Positions 21,130-32,636 of a DNA stretch of 64,000 bases are shown in pieces. The position numbers were made by a program, and so were the translations under genes. A model generated the notes under the pieces. The model was not told where the DNA came from, searched no databases, and worked only from the letters and a program-made list of their open reading frames with translations. The number at the start of each line of letters is the position of its first letter. Position 1 is the stretch's first letter. Origin of the DNA: Dudresnaya verticillata (Eukaryota); NCBI GenBank assembly GCA_977862235.1, contig OZ374561.1:2108001-2172000 (forward strand), in the 5' to 3' direction.

Positions 21130-22035
21130 CTAAACCTTCAACTCCTTCTCAAGCCGCATGGCTGCATCGACCGTGTTTCGCAGCAGCATGGCTATTGTCA
21201 TCGGCCCAACGCCACCAGGCACCGGTGTGATAAGACTGGCGCGCTTGCGGCACTCCTCAAAGTCCACATCTCCCACCAGCCGATACCCAGACTTCCTACT
21301 CTCATCCGCCTTCGAGTTGACCCCAACATCAATCACCACACACCCGCGCTTCAGCCAGTCGCCCTTGACCATCTCCATACGCCCCACGGCCGCAATCACA
21401 ATGTCCGCCCTTCTCACCACGCCCGGCAAATCCGCCGTGCGAGAGTGAGCCACGGTCACCGTAGCATTCTCGTGCATCAGCAGCAAACTAAGCGGCAGCC
21501 CCACAATGTTACTCCTCCCCACCACCACCGCCTCCTTCCCCGCAATCTCCACGCCACTCCTCTTCAGCAACTCCACACAGCCGCGCGGCGTGCACGGCGT
21601 GAACAGCGGCTCGCGCGCGCGCATGGCGAGGTTGCCAATGTTGAGCGGGTGGAAGCCGTCGCAGTCCTTCGCAATGGACACCTCCGCCAGCACGCGGCGC
21701 TCGCTCACATGGTCCGGCAGCGGCAGCTGCACGAGGATGGCGTGCACGCGCGCGTCGCCGTTGAGCTCGCGCACCACCGCGATGATGTCGGCCTCGGACG
21801 CGTCCGCGCCCAGCGCGCGGTGCACCGACCGGATGCCGCACTCGCGGCACGCGCGCACCTTCATGCGCACGTACGTGGCCGAGTCGGCGCGGTCGCCCAC
21901 CAGCACCGTGGCCAGCGCCGGCGCCACCGTGCGCAGCGCGTCCACGTCGCGCTTGACCTCTGCGCGGATCTCCGCGGCGATCGCCTTGCCGTCGATCAGC
22001 CGCGCCGATTCGGCCGTGGGCTCCGCGTCCGTCAT
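21130..22035 (-). CDS. folD: Bifunctional methylenetetrahydrofolate dehydrogenase/cyclohydrolase
   Basis: Motifs LIDGKAIA, SATYVRMK, ILVQLPLP, KDCDGFHP, PCTPRG, VVGRSNIVGLP and ITPVPGGVGPMTIAMLL. ATG at 22035. Confidence 0.96.
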   Translation of the reverse strand: MTDAEPTAESARLIDGKAIAAEIRAEVKRDVDALRTVAPALATVLVGDRADSATYVRMKVRACRECGIRSVHRALGADASEADIIAVVRELNGDARVHAILVQLPLPDHVSERRVLAEVSIAKDCDGFHPLNIGNLAMRAREPLFTPCTPRGCVELLKRSGVEIAGKEAVVVGRSNIVGLPLSLLLMHENATVTVAHSRTADLPGVVRRADIVIAAVGRMEMVKGDWLKRGCVVIDVGVNSKADESRKSGYRLVGDVDFEECRKRASLITPVPGGVGPMTIAMLLRNTVDAAMRLEKELKV

Positions 22036-22869
22036 GCGGGGATGGGGAGGGGGGGTTGCTGCGGCGTTAGGCGGTGCGGACGGAAGGCGCGGGCACGCGG
22101 TGCGGATGCCTTCCGGTGGCGCGCAGGGGTGGGGGGCGCGGCTGGCTGTGGCGACAACAAAAGGGCCGCGCGGGGCAGACTCGAGCTGGAGATGCTGCGG
22201 GTGTGTTCTCAACGCTGGATTGAAGTGGATTGTTTGGTCGAGGTTTTCCGGACGCAAATTTTGGAGCGTAAAAAGAAAAAGGAAAAAAAGGGATCCTCCT
22301 CGGATGGTCGGATGGGATTGGATTGAGTCAGTCCTTAAAACATTTGGCCGTGGCGGCTATCACTCTCAGTGAGACGTTGGTGCATTTCGACTGCTCGTCT
22401 TGTGCTCGATGATGACGATACGCCCGCGCGCTTCTGTGCAACAGACAAGGACATGCAGAGTTCCGGAGCAGGAACAACATTGCTCGTCCAAGCAGTGCCT
22501 GCTCCTCCCTGCAAGCCATCATCATGCGCTATGCCCAAAACCGCTTCTTCGCAGAAACTACGCGCATCGCCAACCGCCAAACCAAACCAAAATGTCGCAA
22601 CGGCACCCACCGCCGATTGGCTGTTTCCAGCCAACCCATACCGCAACTGCCCCCTGCAACACCCCCCGCATCATCCGCGCCCCTCCGCTCTCATTGCTTA
22701 TCCGTTCTTCAATAACAGCACAGATACAGTACCCGTCCGCTCACCGACGCCCCGCCTTAACATCCCACGCGCGCAACTTCGCAGCAAAACGCAACCGCCG
22801 CTCCCCGCGCCGCGCCGGCGCCGGCGCTCGAGCGCGTCTCGGCTTGGCTGCGCGCGACATGTTCGCGCC

Positions 22870-24750
22870 GTGTGCGCCGTCGTGATATCGAGCCGATCGT
22901 CGCGGCCATGCGCGATGCGGCGCCCCCGTTGCCCTCGATGCGCGCCGTGCAGGGGGCCAATGTAGCCAAGCTGAGCCGATCTGCGATGCGGACGTGCGCG
23001 CGAGGGGGACTTTGCACAGCGGGTGGTCCAATGCGCGACGTCTTGCTGGCTCGGTGCGCGCGCTACGCGGGGCATGCCGCGTTGCGCTCAGAGTCGGCCT
23101 TTGCCACAGCCTATGTCGCATCGCCACAGTCCAGGGAGAGACTACTACCGCGCACGCCGCTCGCGCGACATACTGCTTGTGGGCGCTCTCTTCAGCGGCA
23201 GTGCACGCGCCGCGTGCTTGCACGTAGTGTATCAGCTCCACAGCGCGGCTCTCGGAACGAACGTCGTCATGCGCCGAGTGCCAGGGATCCAGTAGGTCCC
23301 AACGAGTGTGTGCACCAGCGCAGCAATTGCTGTGGTAGGCCAGGGAGGGAGGACAACTCCTGGAGGAGGTCCGCCTTCTAGCAGGAGGCGCATCGCAGCA
23401 AGCAACCAAAGCCCCGGCCCACAAAGAGCCCTCTATTTACAGTCCAGCCGTTGGCGCACCAAACGTTCCAGCAGCGCGCACCTATTTTTGTGCCATTCCA
23501 ATTTCCAGCGCACATGGAAGGCGCTGCACCACTGGACTGCCGTTTCGCAGGCACAGTCCGACGCGGACGGACATTCCCCAACCAGCAAGGAAGGTGCTCG
23601 CCCGCGAGAGGGAGCACATTTTTCCCAAGTCAGCAGCTTGGCGGCCTGCGCAAGCCGCGCGCGTCCCGCCGTGCTTGGCGCCCAACAACCCCGCCTCCAG
23701 TCAACGACGCCCGTAGTTAGCGTGCAATGCCCTCGCCCGCGCTCCGCGTTTCCGCACGCCTGTCAATCGACAGCGCACGATCGTTTTCTGCCGCTTGCCA
23801 GCCAGCGCGTCCCGCCGGCTGTCTGGCTGGGGTGCGTCGTCTTCGGATGCATTGCCTTGATGCCCAGCGGTGTTACCTCAGTGCTTGCGGCGATGGCTGC
23901 AACAACCGTGCTCGGCTCGTTGCCGTGCGACGCTGTGCATTTCTTGTCGGCGTAGCAAAGTAACGATGCGGCATCTCTTTGCGGCGCAAATTGGCAAACA
24001 ACCAGTTACTTGCGGAACATGTGGTGAATCACTTCGAATGCAACAGCTTTCAAGTTGCCAAAGACAACCGCAGTCTCGCTTCGCTTACTCGAATCGTCAA
24101 ACATACGAGCTGGAAAGGAGCCTCACAAAACATGCTCCCCCAAAACATCTTGCAGGAAATGTTGATTTCGACCCTAGCACTTGCTTGATATAGACCTTCC
24201 AAAACTTCTTAGCTTCTTCCTTTCAAAGGAAGAGTTGAAGACTATCTCAACCGAGGCACGAGAGATAAAAGCAAATCTTTACATGAAACATGAATACCCT
24301 CGCTGATGCTCATGCGAAGTGGGAAAGAAGTACAAACAATCGGACACAAGCTCTAGAGATACAGTCCACATCAATGCCAGTGCCAGCCAATTTCTCCGAT
24401 CAGCTTCTTTTCGGGTATTCAGCTATTTACACAGTAGCGGCGAGCCCATTACGGCTCATGCAGTAGCAACGTCAATATGTTGTCTTGAGATCAGGGCGGC
24501 ATGGGTTGCCAATCGCTCCTCAATGATGACGACAAGTTCTCCCAGATCGTCCAGGGAGTCGCAAAAGTAGAGTCTATCAGCATCCAACTTGAAGGCAAAA
24601 ATGAGCCTGGAGTCGCCAAATTTCTAGACTTGACAAGGAAGCAACGACAAAACCTTTCTGCACGGCACCCGACCGCAGAAACTAACTTGAGCTGCAGCTG
24701 CAGCCGAACAGCACTTGATCAAGGCGATACAATCAAGCATGACCAACAAG
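22870..24750 (+). pseudogene. Possible decayed protein-coding gene (interrupted, LRR-like fragments)
   Basis: Several co-oriented short ORFs with protein-like Leu periodicity in different frames. No intact ORF and no diagnostic motif. Confidence 0.2.
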
Positions 24751-24764
24751 CACGATGAGGTCAC

Positions 24765-25118
24765 TCACCAAATGGTAGCCTGCCGTCTGACAACAAGCGG
24801 GGAGTTGCGGTCAGCAAATCCAAGTGCCTGAGCACGGCGAATCTCATCGGCCTCGAATGCAGCAAGCTTTCGGTAGCGTGCCTCGACATCGACCACCAGC
24901 GCGACGAGCTCGGGTGCGGTGAGGAGGTGGAGGCGTTGAACAAGGTCGCGGTCGGGCGTGACGTGGTCGAAGCGCGGCATGCGCGGCGGGCGCGCGGGGG
25001 TGGCGGCGCGCGGCGGGGTCACCAGGCGCGACTGGCCGTTCGGCGCGCGCTGACGCTTCGCCGGGGAGCGTGGCGTGGCCGGGCGCGACGCTTCCGCGGC
25101 GGTGCGCTTGTTGCGCAT
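24765..25118 (-). CDS. LIN52: LIN52-like subunit of the DREAM/MuvB complex
   Basis: DLVQRLHLLTAPELVALVVDVEARYRKLAAFEADEIRRAQALGF matches the LIN52 C-terminal coiled-coil pattern. ATG at 25118. A GTGAG donor near 24768 may mean a further exon. Confidence 0.65.
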   Translation of the reverse strand: MRNKRTAAEASRPATPRSPAKRQRAPNGQSRLVTPPRAATPARPPRMPRFDHVTPDRDLVQRLHLLTAPELVALVVDVEARYRKLAAFEADEIRRAQALGFADRNSPLVVRRQATIW

Positions 25119-25267
25119 CGCTGGGGTGGTGGCGGAGCGGGCGGGCAGCGCGTGGGCGCGGCCGTCTTGCGCGCGAATTGGGGGTGGCGCGGCGAGACGC
25201 GGGTGCAAGGGCGCGTGGGCGGTGCGAGCGTGGGCGTGCGGGTGCGGGTGCGGGCGGCGGTGCAGCG

Positions 25268-25385
25268 TGGTGGTGGCGGTGGCGATGGTGGTGGCGATGG
25301 TGATGGTGGTGGCGATGGTGTGGGCGATGGTGGTGGCGATGGTGGTGGCAATGGTGATGGCGGTGGCGGTGGCGGTGGCGGTGGC

Positions 25386-25420
<35 letters not shown>

Positions 25421-25431
25421 TGGTGGCGGTG
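25268..25431. repeat. GGT/GGCGGT/GGCGAT low-complexity tandem repeat, probably in the LIN52-like 5' leader
   Basis: Seen directly in the sequence. Confidence 0.85.
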
Positions 25432-28304
25432 CGGCGCGAGGCGCGGCGGGTACGAGCGCGGGCGGGGCGGAAGCGAGGAAGGAGGCGGGGGGTGGGGGAA
25501 GTTGCTTGGCGACGGGGGCGGGGGCAGGGGGTGGCCACGAGAAAGAGTGCGGGGCGGGCGCGGGCGAGGCGGGCAGATATGTGTGGAGTAGGCGGCAAAG
25601 GTTGCTCTGGGGCGGTGGCAGCGGGTCCAGCGAGGTGAGCTGTCATGAAATTGGGAAAATTGTGTTGGGGCCGATGCTTGAAAATTTGAGTTTTTGATGA
25701 TGGTGCAGCCGACGCGTTGCGCCGGTCGCGTCGCGTTGGAGCGCGCTGAGCCAAAACGGCTGCAGGTGGCCGCGCGGGCGCGCGTCGCCACTGGGCCAGC
25801 GTGGAGCGTTCTCCCTCACGTCAAGATCCACGTTTGCGCCGCGCAGGCGTCGCGCGCGTCAGTGCGGCCTTGCTTCTTACACACGCTGCGTGTAAGGGCT
25901 GCTTTTCGGACACGGTGTCGCGCGTTGCGCGCGCCGCATTGGCTGCGTGCTGACGCGTCGCAACTTTCCACCCGGTCCGTGGCCAATTCCACGTGAGTTT
26001 GCCAACAACTGCCACAACATGCCACCTCGATTGCTTCGTTTTTTTCCGCAATAAAACAATCTTGCTTACATCACGCGATAATGCTCCGCGTACGTGCGTG
26101 CGCCCGTGTCCAAAATAATCACGCGCCAATTGCCCCTCTCTTACATCTTTCATGATCTTTCTTTCCAAGTTACAGTTTGTCAAATTCGTTTCACCGCCAA
26201 ACCTGCCAATCACCGTCGCTGTTGTGCCCCTGAAAACACCCGCAAACGCCAAAAATTACGTCATCGCCGTTGTCGTCCAACCATTTTACCTTGTGCTCGC
26301 CCGCCACACTAAACATATTTCAAGCCTCAACGGATAATCTCCCTCTGCGCAATGCCCTCCCATTGGATCAGAGTGGAACCCTACGCCTCGAGATTTCCGT
26401 CCGCCTCGAAACCTTCCTAATTCCACGCAAATAATTCACCGAATTTCCGAAACCGCCTCCTTTCTTTTTCACCCAGCACATCAACGTGCACCTTCACCTT
26501 CCTTCCGAACTGTCCCACTGCTCGTGCTCACGCATCCATCCGCCCGCCCTGAGTTCAACGTCACACGAAGGCCATTTCATTAGAATCTGTCGCTTGCATT
26601 TGCAACTGCAGCAACAGAAATGTGCTCTTCTCGCGCGATCTACCACGAACCCCGAATCGTCTCTGGGAAAGACGCGGGGAAATGCTCGGCACACCGCCCT
26701 GCGTCCTCGCGGTAGCAGTCCTCTCCCAGCACCTTCACCCTTCCGCCGCCCCACCCATCGCACGGATTCCGACCCAACTAGCCACCCCAGCACGTCCATG
26801 CACCCGGCATGCGCCCGGAGCAGCGCTGGTCGCGCTGTCGCAACCCTCCCTAGCGCGCGGCGAAGGCCATTGTGCGATTGTCGGGTTCCTGCGCATGCAC
26901 CCTTGTCGTGCAGGCTTACGGTCAGCCGAGGCAGGCTCGTTCACACCATGATAAGACTTGAGCTGCGCAGCTCTCGCACTGTAGCCACGGTAACTCCAAA
27001 AGCACCTATGGGGTGCACCACCCAGTTGGGTCCCCATATGGCATTTATCAGCATTCAGACACGTCCTGTTCGTATCCGGTGCGCTCAGCCAAACGCTCAT
27101 CGGGATCTGCAAGTAGAAACACCGCGGATTCGCACTGCACAAATTGAAAAAGCGAGATGTAGCAGCGGAAGCGGGAATAGGCTTCGATCTGGAGCAGCTT
27201 TTATTGCCGACAAGACGACTTTGAATTGTTTTATAACCGTGCTAATGACCGGCGCAGCAATTGTAGGAAGGCTGGGTGGCAAAATGGGTTGTTTTCACCT
27301 GTTAAAAACATAACATACAGTTGAACAAGGTACAGTATACGATCGTCCTAAGTGTCACTCTGCGCTCTACCCGCGATGTCACAAATTTGTCTTTGATAGC
27401 TACCCACTTGATGATTTTTGGTGAGTGCCTCCCACTAAATCTGGGAACTCGAATGACAACAGAATTATTTAATGCGAGCAGGCCAACGGTTCTGATTTTC
27501 AAGAGACAATTCGAGGACAAATCGTTTTGTCTATCCTCGATGTGGAGTCTTTTGGGTGTGATTGTCGAGAAAAAGAGTAAGCATCTTTTTCTTAGGTGGA
27601 GCAATTGGTGATGGCTGCAGAGGTTAGCTTCGTGCTCTTGTTTCTGAGCACCCTTGAAATGTTCTCGGGGGCCAGGTGGAACTGTATATCAGGAGTATTT
27701 CGGACTTGGAAGAATAAATGTCACCACTGTAGTGAAACTTGAATGACCTGATACAGCTACAACATCGCTCTGTGTTTATGAAAGGTGTTTAGAAGTGTGT
27801 TGTTTAACGTTGCTATGCCGATGCTTGTTTGCATAAGTTTGTGTGGTTGCGAGTCTGACAAAACCTAGCTGTTGTGACCAAGAACAAGTCTTTTTTGAAT
27901 CTCTGTTAGGCTTGCCTCCGTCTCCACCTGGATACTTGATGATGGGTGGAACGATTCAAGATGCAACTTGCTGCCTTTGCTGTGTTGTACAAACTGTAAG
28001 CAATGCGCATCCGGATCACAACTCGAGGGAATCGGGATGCCAGGACACCAAAAATGTGGGCCGTGTGAACCTCCCGAGGTGCAGCTCGTGTGGTCCACGC
28101 TATGCCCACACTGATTGCCAATCGCACTTCTCTCTCAGATCCGTCCTGTAGGGTTTCTGCCCTTCCGCCCGCCCCGCCCCTCGTCTCCCCGCGCTGCTAC
28201 ACCCGCAACCACCACCACCCCCACCCCCACTCCGCATTTCACCATCGGCCTCCCGTGCGACCCCCAACCGAGCACTCCACACCCCCACCGTCCAACCCAA
28301 CGCA

Positions 28305-29342
28305 ATGGCGCCGCTCGCCTTCTCCGCGGCACTCCCGCTCTCGGGCTCCACGGCCCTCTCCGGCCGCGCGGTAACCTCGCGCACCCCAACCTCGGGCACC
28401 GCCGTCGCGCGCATGTCGGCCGACACCTTCCTCTCCAAGTCGCAGACCAAGGAGGCGAAGCAGGCCGCCACCCCGTTCGGCGTGTACACAGTGCAGTGCA
28501 CGGAGGGCACAAGCAGCTCCAACACGGCCGAGTCGACGCGTCTGGCCGCGCTGGCCGCGTCGTTCCGCCTGCGCCAGTCATCGCAGCTGGCGCGCTACGC
28601 AGACCTGTTCGCCACGCGCCGCGCCGCCGTGGTCGCCGCGGCCGGCTCGCACGTCGCCGAGTCGTACGCCGTGCGCTTCCCGGCCTTCTCCGCCGCGCGC
28701 GTGCTCGGCCGCGCCGAGGCCATGCGCGCGTGCTCGCGCTACTTTGGCCCGGCCCCGGCCGCCGAGCAGTACATGTTTGAGTGCGTCGACCGGCAGTACA
28801 AGGCCACCAAGGTGCCGTACGGCACGTACACCACGGCTTGCTGCGATGGGCGTGTGTCGGGAGACGCGGAGACGGCGCGCGTGGCCGGGCTCGCGGCGGC
28901 GTTCCGCGCAGGCACGATGGGCACGGCCGAGAAGATGCAGATGCGATACAACGCGTCGCTGGATGCGATGTGGCAGGGGCGCGGGTGCACGTTTGAGGAG
29001 GAGCAGTTTGCAGAGTTCCCCAAGATGGCGTCGGCCATGCGGTACAGCACCGGTGCGTACGCGGCGCAGCTTGGTGGTGTTTTGGCTGTGATGGGCGGGC
29101 AGCTGGCGACGGTTGCGGAGCAGATAGCCGGGGAGAACCTGGATTCGTACTGGCCGAGTAACGCGATTCGCCCGGCGGTGGAGAGACAGCGCAAGCCGTG
29201 GGATCCTAGCCCGATTAAGGACTACGCACCCATGAGCGCTGCGGCTGTGGCGTATGGGATGAAGGCGCAGGAAGAACCGTTCGAGGGCAGCGTTTATGAT
29301 GGGTGGTCAGCTGGGTGGCAGCCGAAGACTGTTTGTTATTAG
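28305..29342 (+). CDS. Nuclear-encoded red-algal phycobilisome linker (phycoerythrin-associated, gamma-like)
   Basis: Transit peptide MAPLAFSAAL...ARM, then two repeats of M...(S/V)..Q(Y/A)K...PxGxY...C.(E/D)G......E..R.A.LA..FR, followed by GCTFEEEQF..FP..A.A. Confidence 0.88.
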   Translation: MAPLAFSAALPLSGSTALSGRAVTSRTPTSGTAVARMSADTFLSKSQTKEAKQAATPFGVYTVQCTEGTSSSNTAESTRLAALAASFRLRQSSQLARYADLFATRRAAVVAAAGSHVAESYAVRFPAFSAARVLGRAEAMRACSRYFGPAPAAEQYMFECVDRQYKATKVPYGTYTTACCDGRVSGDAETARVAGLAAAFRAGTMGTAEKMQMRYNASLDAMWQGRGCTFEEEQFAEFPKMASAMRYSTGAYAAQLGGVLAVMGGQLATVAEQIAGENLDSYWPSNAIRPAVERQRKPWDPSPIKDYAPMSAAAVAYGMKAQEEPFEGSVYDGWSAGWQPKTVCY

Positions 29343-30132
29343 GCCTTTTCGTGATTGTCGTGGAAAGGTTGCGAGTCTCTATCTTACCGCAGGTAGTTGG
29401 TAAAGCGTTTTAAGAGTTTGTTGTTCTTGAGCAGCGATGCCTGCGCGACGCAAATGGAGTAAGATTGTTGTCCTCCCATAGCAGCTGATGAAGCTCTGGT
29501 GAGACCGAGAAGCGTGCCAAACATAGCGCAACGAAGATTGCTACACATTCAGCAGCGCGGTGCAGACAAGGGCAACGTGTAGCGCCAGACCAGGGCGGAC
29601 GTGTTCGCGATGCGGTGTGACTGGCCTAGCACAAAGCCAGGGTATAAAGCCCAACGGGCCGAGGTTAAAGCATTACGGCTGAGTTTACTGCGGAGGGTGT
29701 CGCGCGGGCAAGGGTTCCGTACATCGCCGGGTAGTGTAGGCCGGCGGGAAGGGAGCTCAAGGGGTCGACTGAGGCAGTCAACCACGACGGGTGCGCGCGG
29801 GGAGACGTCCTGCGGCGACGGATGGCGCAGATTTGGCGGCAACACGTCAACGAGCGGAGAGCCGAGAGGTGCAGCCACTCACGCAAAAGATCCCGTCCGC
29901 CACGGTCCCTGCATCCGCCAAGTGTCGCCGCCGCACCGCCGGAGCGTGCGAGCTCGCCGGTGCGATCCGCCTGTCCCAGCCGTCCGCCCTTTTGGCAAGC
30001 TTTTCGGTAAAGCAGCCGCACGCCGCCCTTCTCTGCGGCCTTAATTATCTACCGAGCAGCGCCTGTGCCATCCTCGCCCGCATCCCCCCCTTCGCCCGCA
30101 CCCCGCATTCCCCCCGTGCCACCCCCGAACCG

Positions 30133-30160
30133 CCCCCCCCCCCCCCCCCCCCCCCCCCCC
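30133..30160. repeat. Poly-C tract (28 nt) ending 6 nt upstream of the TMEM53-like ATG
   Basis: Seen directly in the sequence. Confidence 0.95.
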
Positions 30161-30166
30161 ACCGCC

Positions 30167-31342
30167 ATGCCCGCCGCCGCCGCACCCGCCGCCGCGTTCG
30201 CGCTCGCGCCCGCCGCCAGCGCCGACCCGTCGCTGCACCCGCCGCGCGCCGCCCCGGCGCGACAGGTCGTCGCGGAGGGGCGCAAGCGCGCGCGCGCGGT
30301 CATGTACGGCGCGGGCGGCGCCTTTCGCGGGCTGGCCAGCCGCCGCGCGCGCCTGACCGCGCTGGTGCGCCAGCGCGCCGGCGGCTTTGGAGGCTTTGGC
30401 GGCCCCGGCGGAGGCCCCGGCGGCTGGTGGGACGACGACGACGACGGCAGCGTCGACCCGTCGTGGGGCGTCGCACCCAGCGTCCATGTCGTGCTTCGCG
30501 AGAAGAGCGATGAAGCCTACCGAGCAGCCGTGGCTAATATTGTCGCCATGGGCTCCGCTTTGCAAAAGGCCCCGGCCTTCGTCACCGACCCGTCTGTCCC
30601 GGTTGTCGTCATTCTTAGCTGGATGGGCGCGCAGCAGAAGCAGCTGTCAAAGTATACCAGCTTTTACGAGAGCATGGGCTATGAGGTCCACTGCGTCTTC
30701 AATGATCTGAAGACCGCCATGTTCCCGTCGGCAAGCCGCGCGCAAGCGAAACGTATCGGTGACTTCATCGCGGAGCAGCCCGATGAGCGTCCGGTTATTA
30801 TCCATGCCTTTTCGATTGGTACTGGTATCTATGGCTTGCTGTTGGACAGCTTGCGACACGAAAAGGAGCAACTCGACCAGTTCCGGAAAAAGGTCACCGG
30901 GGTTGTCTTCGACTCCGGCCCGGCCCCCATCTTCCCACACGATGTTGCCAAAGGGCTGCATACTGTTTGCCCCATGATTTCAAAGGCCATTTGGGAGCCC
31001 ATCGCCTCCACCTTCTTCTTCGTCACCAAGGCACGCAAGTCGTACGGCCAGAGCGAGGATGCCCTTAGAAAGTTCCAGTTCCCAGCCCCGCAGCTATATT
31101 TCTTCTCGGGTGATGACAAGGTTATTCCCAACATCAAGGACTCGGTCGAAGAGTTTGTTGAAAAGAATAAGCAGCGTGGTGTTGAAGTGTATAAGAAGTT
31201 CTGGGAGAAGAGCATTCATGCCTCCCACCTCAAGGTCCACCCGGAAGAATATCTTCACAACCTGAGTACGTTTGTGAACCGGTGCATGGAGGTGCGGAAG
31301 GAAAACATGGCACTGCCGGCCCCTGTAGCTGGTGCGCAATAG
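30167..31342 (+). CDS. TMEM53/DUF829 family alpha/beta-hydrolase-fold protein, with probable organellar targeting extension
   Basis: Motifs VVILSWMGAQQKQLSKY, IIHAFSIG, GVVFDSGP, PQLYFFSGDDKVIP and WEKSIHASHLKVHPEEY. Confidence 0.88.
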   Translation: MPAAAAPAAAFALAPAASADPSLHPPRAAPARQVVAEGRKRARAVMYGAGGAFRGLASRRARLTALVRQRAGGFGGFGGPGGGPGGWWDDDDDGSVDPSWGVAPSVHVVLREKSDEAYRAAVANIVAMGSALQKAPAFVTDPSVPVVVILSWMGAQQKQLSKYTSFYESMGYEVHCVFNDLKTAMFPSASRAQAKRIGDFIAEQPDERPVIIHAFSIGTGIYGLLLDSLRHEKEQLDQFRKKVTGVVFDSGPAPIFPHDVAKGLHTVCPMISKAIWEPIASTFFFVTKARKSYGQSEDALRKFQFPAPQLYFFSGDDKVIPNIKDSVEEFVEKNKQRGVEVYKKFWEKSIHASHLKVHPEEYLHNLSTFVNRCMEVRKENMALPAPVAGAQ

Positions 31343-32085
31343 ACCGCCCGTAGATCAGCTTCTTCACCCCGCAGTATGTTTCACGTTTCCCCCGCTATGT
31401 TATGTAGTCGCATTCGATGCAATGCGATAGTAGAACACCTCAATTTTCTCTCAGATTTGGCGTAAACCCATTACACCTACGAGAGGTTTCTTTCAGCACT
31501 GCTTGTGAGCAACGCTAAGAATGGCCCTGCGGCCCTTCGGCGGTTGAGCAGGCACTGAACTCTAGCAGTCACTGTGGTTCCCATGAATCTGTTCAGCAAT
31601 TCCTCTTTACCAAAAATGTGGTACCTACCCATTGTCGCTTTCGCAATGCGTTTACACATATCGCCCTGACCCAATACAAATGTTACCACAACCCACTACG
31701 GTTACCACAACCCACTACGGCACGAGCACTCTGGAGAAGAACAACAAACGGTACCCTTCGAGCACCTCCTTTCCCCTCTTAGCAATGCTTGTCACTAGGT
31801 TTGGCAGTGGTCATCGGATTGTCTCATACATGTAGATAGGTTACGTCTTTGGATTCGGCATTTCCCATTCCACTACAGCCCGCATCCCTCGCGCATTGCA
31901 AGGGCTTGTGCTACGAGCTCATCATTGCACGTCTGAAAGGCTCCAGAATGTAAGCACTGCCTCAACAGAGGGCTACTGCAACTCTCACCGCGGCCTGTGC
32001 TCTTGCAGTCGGCATTCCTTAGCGTATCCCAGCCAGCCCCGCATTCTAACCACATCAAGATGTGCGACTCGAAGGCAACGAAGAT

Positions 32086-32636
32086 TTACTCTTCAAGATT
32101 GATAGTCTTCAGTTCCGGTGTCGAACACGCATTTGAAGAAATCAGCAAGCAAAACGCAGCCAAAGTCAGATGTATTGCCAGCACACGAAATGTAGGATCG
32201 CACGGGAGAGTGACATGGGCACCTCGCTGTAATGAGAGCAGTCGACATGAGCAGAACTTACCTTTCCAAACTTGGCGTAAAGCGCAGCCTTGAGCTTAGT
32301 CATATCTTCTTGCACCGCCTTGAGCTCGCCCTCGTATTCTTCGACGTCTTTGTTCAACTCAGCCTTGGTCGTCTCCAGAGTGGCTTCAATTTGATCCTTT
32401 TCATCGACGATGAACACATCGCCAATTGTGTAGTGAATGTCTGCATCGTCGTCCATCAGAATCAGTTCGTCAGACGCGTCTTCGTGGAGCTGAATCAGCT
32501 TCTTGCGACGCACGATCCTGATCTTCAGGTCATTCCGCCGTGCAAGATGCCGAGAGAACTGGTTAATGTCGTCCTTGTCCTTGACCGTCATAACGACGTC
32601 AGGGCGCTCATCCTCACGTGCGATCTCCATGACCAT
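32086..32636 (-). CDS. PFDN4: Prefoldin subunit 4 (two exons; intron 32107..32261)
   Basis: Motifs DKDDINQFSR, EDASDELIL and LKAALYAKFGK. A GTAAGT donor at 32261 and AAG acceptor at 32107 add the conserved tail TINLEE*. Start is at 32636 or 32630. Confidence 0.92.

Noticed and set aside
24844..25791. His/Arg-repeat ORF (HRHRHR...) suggesting a metal-binding protein
   Set aside because: It is a translation of the GGCGGT/GGT microsatellite with a non-ATG start. The conserved LIN52-like frame is a different one.
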